From a virus (taxonomy: Duplodnaviria; Caudoviricetes): a DNA stretch of 46,648 bases. Both the position numbers and the translations under genes were made by a program. Below are positions 19,651 to 27,957 of the stretch, in pieces. The stretch covers positions 1 to 46,648 of IMG/VR virus record IMGVR_UViG_3300020045_005985; one strand, given 5' to 3'. The first letter of the stretch is position 1, and each line of letters begins with the position of its first letter. The notes beneath the pieces are model-generated. The model was not told the DNA's origin. It saw only the letters and a program-made list of their open reading frames with translations, and ran no database searches.

Positions 19651-20486
19651 TAATTAATATCTGACCATGTGCCGATAGTAGAAACTTGCGCCCACTGAGA
19701 AGCTGAAATAGCTTCGATGGTTACAGAGTTCCCAACAGTAGCGTTTCTAATTGCATCGCCAGCAGCGTTGGCCAAGAGTACAATTATGTCAGCATCGTCA
19801 GGATTAACATCAAAGTTTGCAGCGTTACCTGTAATGAAAGTTAAGCGACAACCTAATACAGCAGACGCTTCAGGAAGTTCCATTTGTACAGCACCAGTAT
19901 TGATGAATGTTGATCCACACTGAGCAGCAGTAATAGTTGTTGCAGTAGCAGCTACTTGTTTTTGTCTAAATCCAGAAAGTGCATCTCCACCGTCACCAAG
20001 TATAGCACCAGTGAATGTTCCACTAGTTCCAGCTACAGCACCAGTAAATGTTCCAGTAGTTCCACTTACTGCACCACTGAATACACCAGCAACACCTGTT
20101 ACGTTTCCAGTAACAACTAGATTTCCACCAGTTGAAAGAGTTAGTTTGTTAACAAGCGATCCTGAAGTGTTGTTAGCTACAGTAAAAGCGTTTCCACTTG
20201 CCACTGAACTAACTGCCCAAGAGTCTCCATTGTCATCGGCTTGGTCAGCATTAAGAGTTAAAACAGCGTCACCAGCTTCGATACCTGCAATAGTGATATC
20301 TCCTGCGTCTAAGGTTGGAGATGATACCACGTTGAAAACACCATTTTTTGATCTAGTACAAGTTAATCCTGCACCACAATTAAGTCGATTAAAAATCTTA
20401 AGACTTGTTCCGTCACTTAACCCCTCAAAAGCAAATGATGAAAAACTCACCATTAAAAAAACTAAACTTAACAAAAAACTTCTCAT
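19650..20486 (-). CDS. Signal-peptide-bearing fibre-like protein, 278 aa
   Basis: MRSFLLSLVFLMVSFSSFA leader; Gly/Thr repeats GVFSGAV/GTFTGAV/GTFTGAI; GGAGG RBS. Confidence 0.75.
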   Translation of the reverse strand: MRSFLLSLVFLMVSFSSFAFEGLSDGTSLKIFNRLNCGAGLTCTRSKNGVFNVVSSPTLDAGDITIAGIEAGDAVLTLNADQADDNGDSWAVSSVASGNAFTVANNTSGSLVNKLTLSTGGNLVVTGNVTGVAGVFSGAVSGTTGTFTGAVAGTSGTFTGAILGDGGDALSGFRQKQVAATATTITAAQCGSTFINTGAVQMELPEASAVLGCRLTFITGNAANFDVNPDDADIIVLLANAAGDAIRNATVGNSVTIEAISASQWAQVSTIGTWSDIN

Positions 20487-20504
20487 ATTAAATCCTCCTT
20501 GTGA

Positions 20505-22202
20505 TTATTCTACACTTGAAACATCTTTTACTGCCTTGGCCATTGCAGGTACGGTTTGTTCTAAGGCCCTTTGTCTCGCAGCTTGCTGTTGAGCTTGTTC
20601 TCTCATAGCATCTACTTTACTTTGTGGATTATTTAATCCAGCAGGTAAATATAAACGATCTTCATAAAGATCAGCAAGTTTATCTGTATTAATTTTTTGT
20701 AATACTCTTGGGTCAATCTGAGCAACATTGGCAATCATGGCAGTATATCTGTCAATTGCTGGTAAATCTGCTGCTTTTTGTGCTTGAGCAAATATTGAAA
20801 CAAATTCTGGGTTCAATGATTGACCAAAAAGTTCTTCTGGTACAGGTTTTAGATACGGATCTTCAAAAAGAACATAATCCATTACCCATTCTAAAACTGG
20901 AATATTATATGTGTCATTTAGACTTTGAAGGTTTGGCCCTACAACTCTTTGTTGTTCTTCAAGTATTGCGTCTGTCTCTCTTGCTGTTCTGGTCTTTGGA
21001 TTTTTAGACAAATACAAAAGGAAGTCAGCAAAATACAACTTATCTACTTGTTGCCTCAAGTCTCCTACATCTTGGATTAATGCTCCAATTGCCGGATTTA
21101 TTTGAAATATCGGTTCTAGTTTTTGTTTACTTGAGATGGATTTAGCATCTAGTGGAACAAAAGTATTTGGAGCATGACTTATGTAGCTTTTACGCAAAGA
21201 TGATGGCCCTTGCAAAGCTGGTCTTAAAATCTGTTCTAAAGCTTGGTCTTTTCCAATTGCTTTCTTATTTAAAGACTTTATTAAACCAAGGGCATCAAGT
21301 GTTGGCCCTTTTTCTCCGTATTCGAAATCCTCGGTTGATTTACCTACCACAAATGGTTTTCTTTTTCCGGTAAACACCTTTAGAAAAGTATTATTATCTA
21401 AGTTTGAGCTTGTGTCTCCGTATTCTTGTCCATCGGTGTAACTATGTCCACTTGCGCCACCAAGTTCATAGGTTAATTCTAACCATTGACGATTGGTTGG
21501 TTCATCGGGATTATTTATATCAAAGTTTGGATTTTCTTGAACAACATGAACAATATCAATATTTTCAGAGTAATTAGATTCTCTGTATAGTCTTTTAACT
21601 CGGTCTGAGAAGTTTGACCAATCAATTTTTCCGTTAGCGTCTTTTTTACCATAGGTATCAACGATAGATTTTACATTTAAGGTAAATTCTCTTATCAAAA
21701 TTATGGCTTTTCCATAAGAATCGTTTAATACGAAGTAAGAACCTGGTATTAAAGTATGTACAAAGAAATTGTTCTCTAATATTTCAAAATAATGCGCTCC
21801 TGTATTTACTACTCCATAGTCGTAATAAAACTTTCCAGCAGCATTATAAAAATTTGAACCATTTAAATAACTTAATGTTCTTGTGGTGAAGTGTTGTAAC
21901 CATGCCTTCACGCTTTCAGAATCCTCTCTCTCGCTGTCTCTAGTTCCGATCCGATACCAAGGACGAGAGGCAGAGGTATTACCCTCTAAAAACCCTGCTA
22001 CAAACGATCTGAGAGCAAGGATATGAGTAGGATCTACTATGTGTTGGTTCTTTCTCTCACCTTGAGTTTGACTTAAAATCCATGTTGATCTATGTGGTAA
22101 ACCCCAACGTAAAAGATCACACCAAGTTGAACGAATTTTATCAAATTTTCGTTTGGCCTGTTGTCTTAAAAATTCACATTGTTGTTTTGAATATTTTTTC
22201 AT
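20505..22202 (-). CDS. Portal (head-tail connector) protein
   Basis: 565 aa; TSASRPWYRI, SNFY, YGEKGP, RTARE, Q/A-rich C-terminus. Confidence 0.92.
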   Translation of the reverse strand: MKKYSKQQCEFLRQQAKRKFDKIRSTWCDLLRWGLPHRSTWILSQTQGERKNQHIVDPTHILALRSFVAGFLEGNTSASRPWYRIGTRDSEREDSESVKAWLQHFTTRTLSYLNGSNFYNAAGKFYYDYGVVNTGAHYFEILENNFFVHTLIPGSYFVLNDSYGKAIILIREFTLNVKSIVDTYGKKDANGKIDWSNFSDRVKRLYRESNYSENIDIVHVVQENPNFDINNPDEPTNRQWLELTYELGGASGHSYTDGQEYGDTSSNLDNNTFLKVFTGKRKPFVVGKSTEDFEYGEKGPTLDALGLIKSLNKKAIGKDQALEQILRPALQGPSSLRKSYISHAPNTFVPLDAKSISSKQKLEPIFQINPAIGALIQDVGDLRQQVDKLYFADFLLYLSKNPKTRTARETDAILEEQQRVVGPNLQSLNDTYNIPVLEWVMDYVLFEDPYLKPVPEELFGQSLNPEFVSIFAQAQKAADLPAIDRYTAMIANVAQIDPRVLQKINTDKLADLYEDRLYLPAGLNNPQSKVDAMREQAQQQAARQRALEQTVPAMAKAVKDVSSVE

Positions 22203-22594
22203 AAGCCTAAAAAGTCCTGTTCTTCTCCACCCAGTGTAGAGTAACGATTACCACCACGACTAGTGCTAAGTGATGAATTTACTTGGTTTCTGATACCACC
22301 TGCTCTATTGGACAAAGTTAATTGATTAGCAGCATCTTGTTTTTTAGCGTTCTCACGATCATTTAATGTAGTAGCTCTTTGTTCTTCCATTTGTTGTCTG
22401 GCCATATTGTTTGCTTCTTCTGCCGCCTTAGCTCCTGTAATTTCTTTAAGACCGTCAATAGAACCTTTAGTAACTACCCCTTTCTTTAAACCAAATTTAC
22501 TGTCTTTATCGAAACCAACAGTTCCGTATGTGGCGTATTGAAGTCCAACATCAATAACACTTTCTACGATGTTTGCAGGGTCACTTTTACACAT
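22199..22594 (-). CDS. Small virion-associated protein upstream of the portal
   Basis: 131 aa, low-complexity with a terminal LG(L) motif as seen in podovirus pre-portal genes. Confidence 0.6.
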   Translation of the reverse strand: MCKSDPANIVESVIDVGLQYATYGTVGFDKDSKFGLKKGVVTKGSIDGLKEITGAKAAEEANNMARQQMEEQRATTLNDRENAKKQDAANQLTLSNRAGGIRNQVNSSLSTSRGGNRYSTLGGEEQDFLGL

Positions 22595-22604
22595 AAAATG
22601 CTTC

Positions 22605-23051
22605 CTATTTATCCAATCTTTTACTATACTCTATGTTCATGATTGCATATCCTAATCTTTTAAGCAATACTCCATAATCGTTTTTTGCCTTGACATGATG
22701 ATAAACTACTTGAACATCATACGCTTTTAATTGCTCATCACACCAAGAAATGAATCTATGTCCAAACCCTCTCTCGTCTGGATGAATGAATATATTGTTC
22801 ATTGATGCTTGAAAAGAATCTTTGTATTCAATGCTATAACTCATTGTAAAGATAGCATATCCTACAATTTTTTCATCTTTTTTAGCTAAAAATAACTTTA
22901 AAAATCCACGTTCTTCTAAGGTAACTAGTATGTCCCAATTAACATTTAGAGGTATGTCATCGTATGGACAAACTTCTAAATAATGAAGTTTTGATAATTC
23001 GTTTAACTCAGCAATATTGTCGGATAATTTCTCAATCGTATAAGTTATCAT
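22605..23051 (-). CDS. GNAT-family acetyltransferase (start reassigned to 23051)
   Basis: IVGYAIF, IFIHPDERGFG, LLKRLGY motifs; GAGG RBS. Confidence 0.8.
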   Translation of the reverse strand: MITYTIEKLSDNIAELNELSKLHYLEVCPYDDIPLNVNWDILVTLEERGFLKLFLAKKDEKIVGYAIFTMSYSIEYKDSFQASMNNIFIHPDERGFGHRFISWCDEQLKAYDVQVVYHHVKAKNDYGVLLKRLGYAIMNIEYSKRLDK

Positions 23052-24612
23052 AAGTGTCCTCATAGTCTGTTTTATGCTCAACCATTCTCATTGCTCCACC
23101 ACCTACTAACAGTTGTCCATCTCCGTCTGTCTCATGCTCTGGTAATTTGTCTTGTATCTCATGAGCAAACAATAATACTGCTCCGTCAGCAATGTCAGGA
23201 GATTTCCCTACTCGAGCTTTTATGTCTGCTTTAGGTTCTGCAATTTTTTGATGAGTGATTTTGTGGCGTGTCCCTTTAGTCCAACATAATTGCTTTTTAA
23301 TGTCCTCAACCCACTCTTCCTTTCTTGAGTCAAGCACTCCACCTTGTAGCAAGTCTTTATTCAAATGATAATACATCATGGCCCTGATATTTGCGTACTC
23401 ACTCTCTTTAACGTCAACTTTGTCGGTAGGACTATTGGCAAACGATATCAGTACCCAATGATATTTCTCAGCGTTCATTGCCAAGGTATAAATTGCAGTA
23501 CCTTCTCCTTGGTCAATGTAAACCGCATCGGCAGACAGTCTGCGCTCCCAATAACATAATTTATTATAGGTTAGCTGATGAGTCTCGCCATTCTCTTTGC
23601 GTAATTTGTATCTCTCTAATAAACACTTATACGGCCCTTGCCTGTACCATATTGTTGTCTCGTCGCCGCCTGTCCATGCAGGGTCACAAGACAATACAAC
23701 CGGGAAATTCTTAACACTGGCAATATCAAACCCTTTGCGTCTTGCTAGTGCTGCTTCTACAGTCTCTAGCTTTATAATAGAGTCCTTAGCAGATTTACGA
23801 GGTAGTCCTCTGACACGTACTCTAAAGTCGTCGTGGTCGTCATCTCCACCACAGTCAATTAACCAAGACTCAATTTGTTTTGGATCAATGTGACTTAGTG
23901 TTCTGGTGTCTATTCTTCTTGAATTCCACAAAGGCGAGTTCATGTTCTGTTCAAATTTACTCTCAGGGTCGTCAGAGTTACCAAACGCCATGTGTATTTT
24001 GATTGTCCCTGTCTCGGTAAATGCTCCGGAAGCATATTGCCAGATAATAGCAGGAATACCAGGAGCTTCTTCAAACACATATACGGTAGCACCACCTTTG
24101 TTGTGAAGTCCTGAGATAGCGGCAGGAGATTGTTCAGACCATGTAACCGTATCAATTCTCCAACTCTCTGACAGCTTCTCATTCTTAGCTTTGATAGATG
24201 TTCCAAATTTCTCAAAAAAATGATCGATAAACCTAGCTCGTCTAAACCAAATGTCATACTCTGGCCATACGATTTGCTTCATTTGTGGGTCAGTGTTAGC
24301 GGTTATCCTTGCTTTCAGTCTTTGAGTGAATAACAACATTATCAGCGTCATAGCACCCCAAGCGGTCTTAGCTGATCCGTTGCCTGAAGAGATTACTAGT
24401 CGATAGGTTGTGTATCTTGTTGCAGGGTCTTGTAAGTGTTTTGATAACTTATTCCACTCTTCTATTTGCCAGTCGTAAGGATACATCTCTTCTAAGTCTG
24501 TTCCCTTCTCTCCGAAAGGAAAAGTAAGATACGCTAGTTTAGCAAAGTCATAACGATGAGTATTTATTAACTTAGTGAAAAGTTGTATGTCTTCTTTAGA
24601 TGGTTCACTCAT
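23032..24612 (-). CDS. terL: Terminase large subunit
   Basis: Walker A SGNGSAKT, Walker B YVFEEA, nuclease SCDPAWTGGDET and SPDIADG. Confidence 0.93.
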   Translation of the reverse strand: MSEPSKEDIQLFTKLINTHRYDFAKLAYLTFPFGEKGTDLEEMYPYDWQIEEWNKLSKHLQDPATRYTTYRLVISSGNGSAKTAWGAMTLIMLLFTQRLKARITANTDPQMKQIVWPEYDIWFRRARFIDHFFEKFGTSIKAKNEKLSESWRIDTVTWSEQSPAAISGLHNKGGATVYVFEEAPGIPAIIWQYASGAFTETGTIKIHMAFGNSDDPESKFEQNMNSPLWNSRRIDTRTLSHIDPKQIESWLIDCGGDDDHDDFRVRVRGLPRKSAKDSIIKLETVEAALARRKGFDIASVKNFPVVLSCDPAWTGGDETTIWYRQGPYKCLLERYKLRKENGETHQLTYNKLCYWERRLSADAVYIDQGEGTAIYTLAMNAEKYHWVLISFANSPTDKVDVKESEYANIRAMMYYHLNKDLLQGGVLDSRKEEWVEDIKKQLCWTKGTRHKITHQKIAEPKADIKARVGKSPDIADGAVLLFAHEIQDKLPEHETDGDGQLLVGGGAMRMVEHKTDYEDTYDNLYD

Positions 24613-24784
24613 TTGTTTGCTTCTCGTATTTCTCTAAGTCCCAAGGTCTATACTTCTCCTCTTTACCTTTAGCGTCTACTGCTAATAATAGCTGGGTAGT
24701 AACTGCAGTCACTCTTACAGTCTTCTCGGCCCTTTTATGAACCAAGATGTCTCCTGTCTTGTAGTGTAATTTTAAGTCGTCCAT
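24605..24784 (-). CDS. Hypothetical 59-aa protein (not in the ORF track)
   Basis: MDDLKLHYKTGDILVHKRAEK...EKQTNE*; fills the gap and overlaps the terL start. Confidence 0.65.
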   Translation of the reverse strand: MDDLKLHYKTGDILVHKRAEKTVRVTAVTTQLLLAVDAKGKEEKYRPWDLEKYEKQTNE

Positions 24785-24792
24785 AATGCCCT

Positions 24793-25035
24793 TTAAAACG
24801 GTTTAGGTAGTCCCTTCGGTACAGTTAGGGTAGAAGGTATGTCATCGAAAAACTTACTGTGGATAATCTCTAGTCCTCGTTCTATGTCTGAGATGTCAGT
24901 TGAGTCGATGTAATGTTGTTTGCCGTAGATGTCTACTACCATCAGATTATAAAACTTCTCGTTAGTTATGTACGATTGAAAGCAATAGGATATCCCTGCT
25001 CTCTCTAGTCGTTCTAACATTTTAAATAGTCTCAT
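24793..25035 (-). CDS. Hypothetical 80-aa protein
   Basis: AGGAG RBS; in the packaging operon; ends PKGLPKPF. Confidence 0.75.
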   Translation of the reverse strand: MRLFKMLERLERAGISYCFQSYITNEKFYNLMVVDIYGKQHYIDSTDISDIERGLEIIHSKFFDDIPSTLTVPKGLPKPF

Positions 25036-25043
25036 AAGTCTCC

Positions 25044-25742
25044 TTAAAACGGTCTAGGTATCTTAGGTGTTACATCTATGGTTACTTGCTTCTCACGCTC
25101 GTCTGCTCTCCTTGCGCTCTCCAAGAGTATGTTCTGCATGTCTCTTGTAACAGTATGCTCGACCTTGGTGGTGTTTTTAAACATCTCCTTCTCACGTCCT
25201 GTTAACTCAGCAGCTTTAAGTTTATCGTAAAACTCATACTCTATTATCTCACCTACTATGATTTGTTTTTTCATTCCATTGATGTCTGAGTCTTGGTTAT
25301 AGATGTTTCTAACCTTCATCTTCTTGATGTTCCGTCTTGCTTCAGGTTCTACGTCTGCCAAGTTACTCTTGAAAGATCCGTCTTTATTCTGCATCATGAT
25401 AGGATCAAACTCTACAACTTCTTTAACTCTCTCAAAAATCTCACTGTTATCGAATCCGTATTTAACTGATGATTTGTCGGTAAGTGCTTGGATAGCGTTA
25501 GCTACGTCAGCACTGTGTCTTAGTCTGTAGCCTACCTCACGATGTATCCCTGCTTCTTCTGATGCTTGTCTAATTGATTTGCATCTTACGAAAGCATCTA
25601 TGAAGCTTATTACGTGAGGTACGTGTCTATGACTTTTCTTAAGAGTGGTGTCTAGTATATAACTAAACTCGTTAATGGTTAACTGCCCTGTCTCTTCTAT
25701 CGGTTCAGGGATAGGGAAGTCAGATTTATCTAAGTCTTTCAA
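25044..25742 (-). CDS. terS: Terminase small subunit
   Basis: HTH-like SIRQASEEAGI, YDKLKAAELTGREKEMF, KVEHTV; upstream of terL. Confidence 0.8.
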   Translation of the reverse strand: MKDLDKSDFPIPEPIEETGQLTINEFSYILDTTLKKSHRHVPHVISFIDAFVRCKSIRQASEEAGIHREVGYRLRHSADVANAIQALTDKSSVKYGFDNSEIFERVKEVVEFDPIMMQNKDGSFKSNLADVEPEARRNIKKMKVRNIYNQDSDINGMKKQIIVGEIIEYEFYDKLKAAELTGREKEMFKNTTKVEHTVTRDMQNILLESARRADEREKQVTIDVTPKIPRPF

Positions 25743-26065
25743 ATCTCTGTGCCCATGATTAATGTAACTGCTCCATCTGTTCCGGAGATAGTCTTTACAT
25801 TACCTCTAACAAACTTCCATGGTGCGTCTAAATAAAAGCTATCTGAAGTAGCTACAGTACCAAGGGTAAGAGCTAGTCCATCTACTTCTATAAAATTAAC
25901 CCCATCGTTAGACACTTCTACGCCCACTGTAGAAGCTCCTGCGCCAGCGGAGGTTGTTCCAGTAAGGTGGAAGGTTTTCTTCGTTCCTAGAGGCATTACA
26001 GCCCCTCCAGCGGCTACGGTAGCAGCATTGCTTAACAATGTGTGTGTTTTGGTGATTCCCATCAT
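25739..26065 (-). CDS. Small beta-sandwich protein, probably structural; first late gene
   Basis: 108 aa, Gly/Thr/Ala-rich, VEVSNDGVNF and PWKFVR; AAGGAG RBS. Confidence 0.7.
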   Translation of the reverse strand: MMGITKTHTLLSNAATVAAGGAVMPLGTKKTFHLTGTTSAGAGASTVGVEVSNDGVNFIEVDGLALTLGTVATSDSFYLDAPWKFVRGNVKTISGTDGAVTLIMGTEI

Positions 26066-26099
26066 ATATTAACTCCTTTATGTTTACTCAATTAATTAA

Positions 26100-26129
26100 A
26101 TTCTAATCAGTGTTTATCTAGGTTGTCAA
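26100..26129 (-). promoter_or_regulatory. Sigma70-type promoter for the late operon
   Basis: Minus strand TTGACA-18-TAGAAT, 35 bp upstream of the first late ATG. Confidence 0.65.
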
Positions 26130-26155
26130 ATTAACCAAGGAGAAATACTCCTGTA

Positions 26156-26440
26156 AAAAATCCGTACATATAATTTTAACCACATAAAAATCCGTACATA
26201 TAATTTTGGGTTTATTAATTAGTGTCTGATATTTCGAATATGCTAAAAGTGATTATACAAGAATTTACATATATTTTTAGATCTGTATAAAATCGTACAT
26301 ATATTTTTAGATCTGTCACAAATTTACACATATATTTTTAGATCCATATATATCCGTACATATATTTTTAGATCGGTATAGATACGTACATATATGAAAC
26401 ATATCGAAATACTTCGTCAGAAATCGTACAAGTTTTTGAT
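26156..26440. repeat. Iteron-like direct repeats with 30-31 bp period
   Basis: aaaaatccgtacatataatttt at 26156 and 26186; (t/c)acatatatttttagatc at 26266, 26296, 26327, 26357; partial copies at 26387 and 26427. Confidence 0.9.
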
Positions 26441-26526
26441 ACGACCTTTATATATATTTTACATTCCTTAAATTTTTGATGGGGGTGTTAAATTTGAAAA
26501 ATCTTTTTTAAGAATTTAAAATTAAC

Positions 26527-27012
26527 CTTACATATCTGTATCTCCACATCTCTTTACATAACTTAATAGAACGTTAGATCTTTAAAGAGACGTAACGATT
26601 TGTGCATATCGATCTAGATCTAGATGCGTAACGATATGTAAAGATATGTAGATGTGTAGAGATATGTAGAGATATGTAGAGATATGTAGAGATATGTAAC
26701 TGGATGCAGAGATGTAGATATGTAACGAGATGTAGAGATGTAGATATGTAACGAGATGTAGAGATATGTAACGAGATGTAGAGATGTAGATATGTAACGA
26801 GATGTAGAGATATGTAACGAGATGTAGAGATAACTCGTTACATATCTTTACAACGTGAACAATGTTTACATATCTTTACGGATCGATCTATATCTCGATC
26901 TATATCTGCATCTCTCCATATCGATATATGTCTGCATCTCTCCATATCTCTATATCTCTACATCTCTATATCTCTTAATTGAGTTACATATCTCTTAATT
27001 GAGTTACATATC
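26527..27012. repeat. Satellite of GA(GA)T(AT)GTA-type units with orientation switches
   Basis: (GTAGAGATAT)x4 at 26656-26695; exact 46-bp tandem duplication 26727-26772/26773-26818; 14-bp inverted repeat 26808-26821/26834-26847; atatctcttaattgagttac x2 at 26968-27007. Confidence 0.9.
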
Positions 27013-27063
27013 GTCAAATTAAGCTATATATCTCTATTAATTCACCAAGAATAAGAAAAATGA

Positions 27064-27076
27064 TAAGTAATTGATT
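27064..27076 (-). promoter_or_regulatory. IHF-binding consensus site
   Basis: Minus strand AATCAATTACTTA matches WATCAANNNNTTR exactly. Confidence 0.55.
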
Positions 27077-27094
27077 TTATTCGGTTTTTAGCTA

Positions 27095-27124
27095 TTGACA
27101 GACTATGAAAAAAAATGGTAATAT
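27095..27124 (+). promoter_or_regulatory. Sigma70-type promoter inside the long palindrome
   Basis: TTGACA-18-TAATAT with a TGn extended -10. Confidence 0.5.
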
Positions 27125-27265
27125 AGCTTAAACTAATTGCCAGAGATTGGCGATAATGTAGGTAACTTCGTTAACTACGTTATCTCCATTCTCGCCAAAA
27201 GCAATTGTTCCTCATAGCTATATTATCACCATTTTTCAATACTTTACGTTTATATATTCTTGGTT

Positions 27266-27349
27266 ATCTCTACATCTCTACATCTCTACATCTCTACATC
27301 TCTACATCTCTACATCTCTACATCTCTACATCTCTACATCTCTACATCT
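27266..27349. repeat. Perfect simple sequence repeat (ATCTCTAC)x10.5
   Basis: Ten exact 8-mers plus ATCT, with CTTGGT on both sides. Confidence 0.95.
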
Positions 27350-27405
27350 TGGTAAATGTACAAATCTTTAAAGTATGTAAATATTACATAACGTCTATTT
27401 ATAAA

Positions 27406-27433
27406 TTGATCTTATTTTAAATTCGTGTATAAT
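27406..27433 (+). promoter_or_regulatory. Early sigma70-type promoter
   Basis: TTGATC-16-TATAAT about 50 bp upstream of the first early gene. Confidence 0.6.
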
Positions 27434-27481
27434 GGTAAGTACAAAAGCACTTATGCTTTAATAACCATTTGGAGATTATTT

Positions 27482-27769
27482 ATGAAAACCCTAGTTATCC
27501 TATCCCTATTGAGCTTATCTTTATCGTTATCTGCTGCTGACGTTGGTTGTGCTAAGATCGGCAAATACTTCAGACCTGTAACACCAGATGCAATTAAATT
27601 AGCTGTATATCACAATGTAAGTACATGCGACGGTAAAGCCTTTAAAGCAACTTTAAAAGCCAAAGGTGTTAAGATGTCAGAGGTAAAGGCCACTCCTGAT
27701 ATGATCAAGAAGTATGAAGATGCTATAGCCAATAAATCAGCTAAGAAGATCAATGGTTTTGAGTTTTAA
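27482..27769 (+). CDS. Secreted hypothetical protein, first early gene (start reassigned to 27482)
   Basis: GGAG RBS; MKTLVILSLLSLSLSLSA signal peptide; two Cys. Confidence 0.8.
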   Translation: MKTLVILSLLSLSLSLSAADVGCAKIGKYFRPVTPDAIKLAVYHNVSTCDGKAFKATLKAKGVKMSEVKATPDMIKKYEDAIANKSAKKINGFEF

Positions 27770-27783
27770 ACAGAGGTATTAAT

Positions 27784-27873
27784 ATGCATCAAATAACCTT
27801 TAAAATTTACATAATTTGCCTTAGTTCAGGATTGATTGTTGCTGCAATATTAGAAAAGATTTTCTTATCTTAG
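27784..27873 (+). CDS. 29-aa membrane peptide (not in the ORF track)
   Basis: GAGGT RBS; MHQITFKIYIICLSSGLIVAAILEKIFLS. Confidence 0.5.
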   Translation: MHQITFKIYIICLSSGLIVAAILEKIFLS

Positions 27874-27894
27874 TGACGGGGTGAAGTGGTGGAG

Positions 27895-27928
27895 ATGCTC
27901 ATATTATGACGATATGAGCATTTTTTTT
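27895..27928 (+). terminator. Rho-independent terminator
   Basis: atgctcatat-tatgacg-atatgagcat followed by a T run. Confidence 0.75.
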
Positions 27929-27957
27929 AAAACAATACAGGGGTAAAGGACAATACA

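Noticed and set aside
20011-20592. 193-aa plus-strand ORF and the other antisense ORFs in the track (for example 2399, 12151, 36945, 42683)
   Set aside because: They are shadows of real genes on the opposite strand, without RBS or recognisable motifs.
26156-26440. Mini CRISPR array
   Set aside because: The period is only 30-31 bp with about 12-bp semi-conserved linkers, too short for spacers; no cas operon (DUF2800 is a replication-module nuclease).
27044-27264. Protelomerase target or attP site
   Set aside because: The palindrome is too imperfect for a telRL-type site and no protelomerase or integrase gene was recognised.
27205-27420. 71-aa ORF with LHLYISTS repeats
   Set aside because: It is a translation of the 8-mer repeat, with a TTG start and no RBS.
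26066-27480. tRNA or known structured RNA genes in the non-coding region
   Set aside because: No cloverleaf, T-loop or other recognisable family signature was seen by eye.
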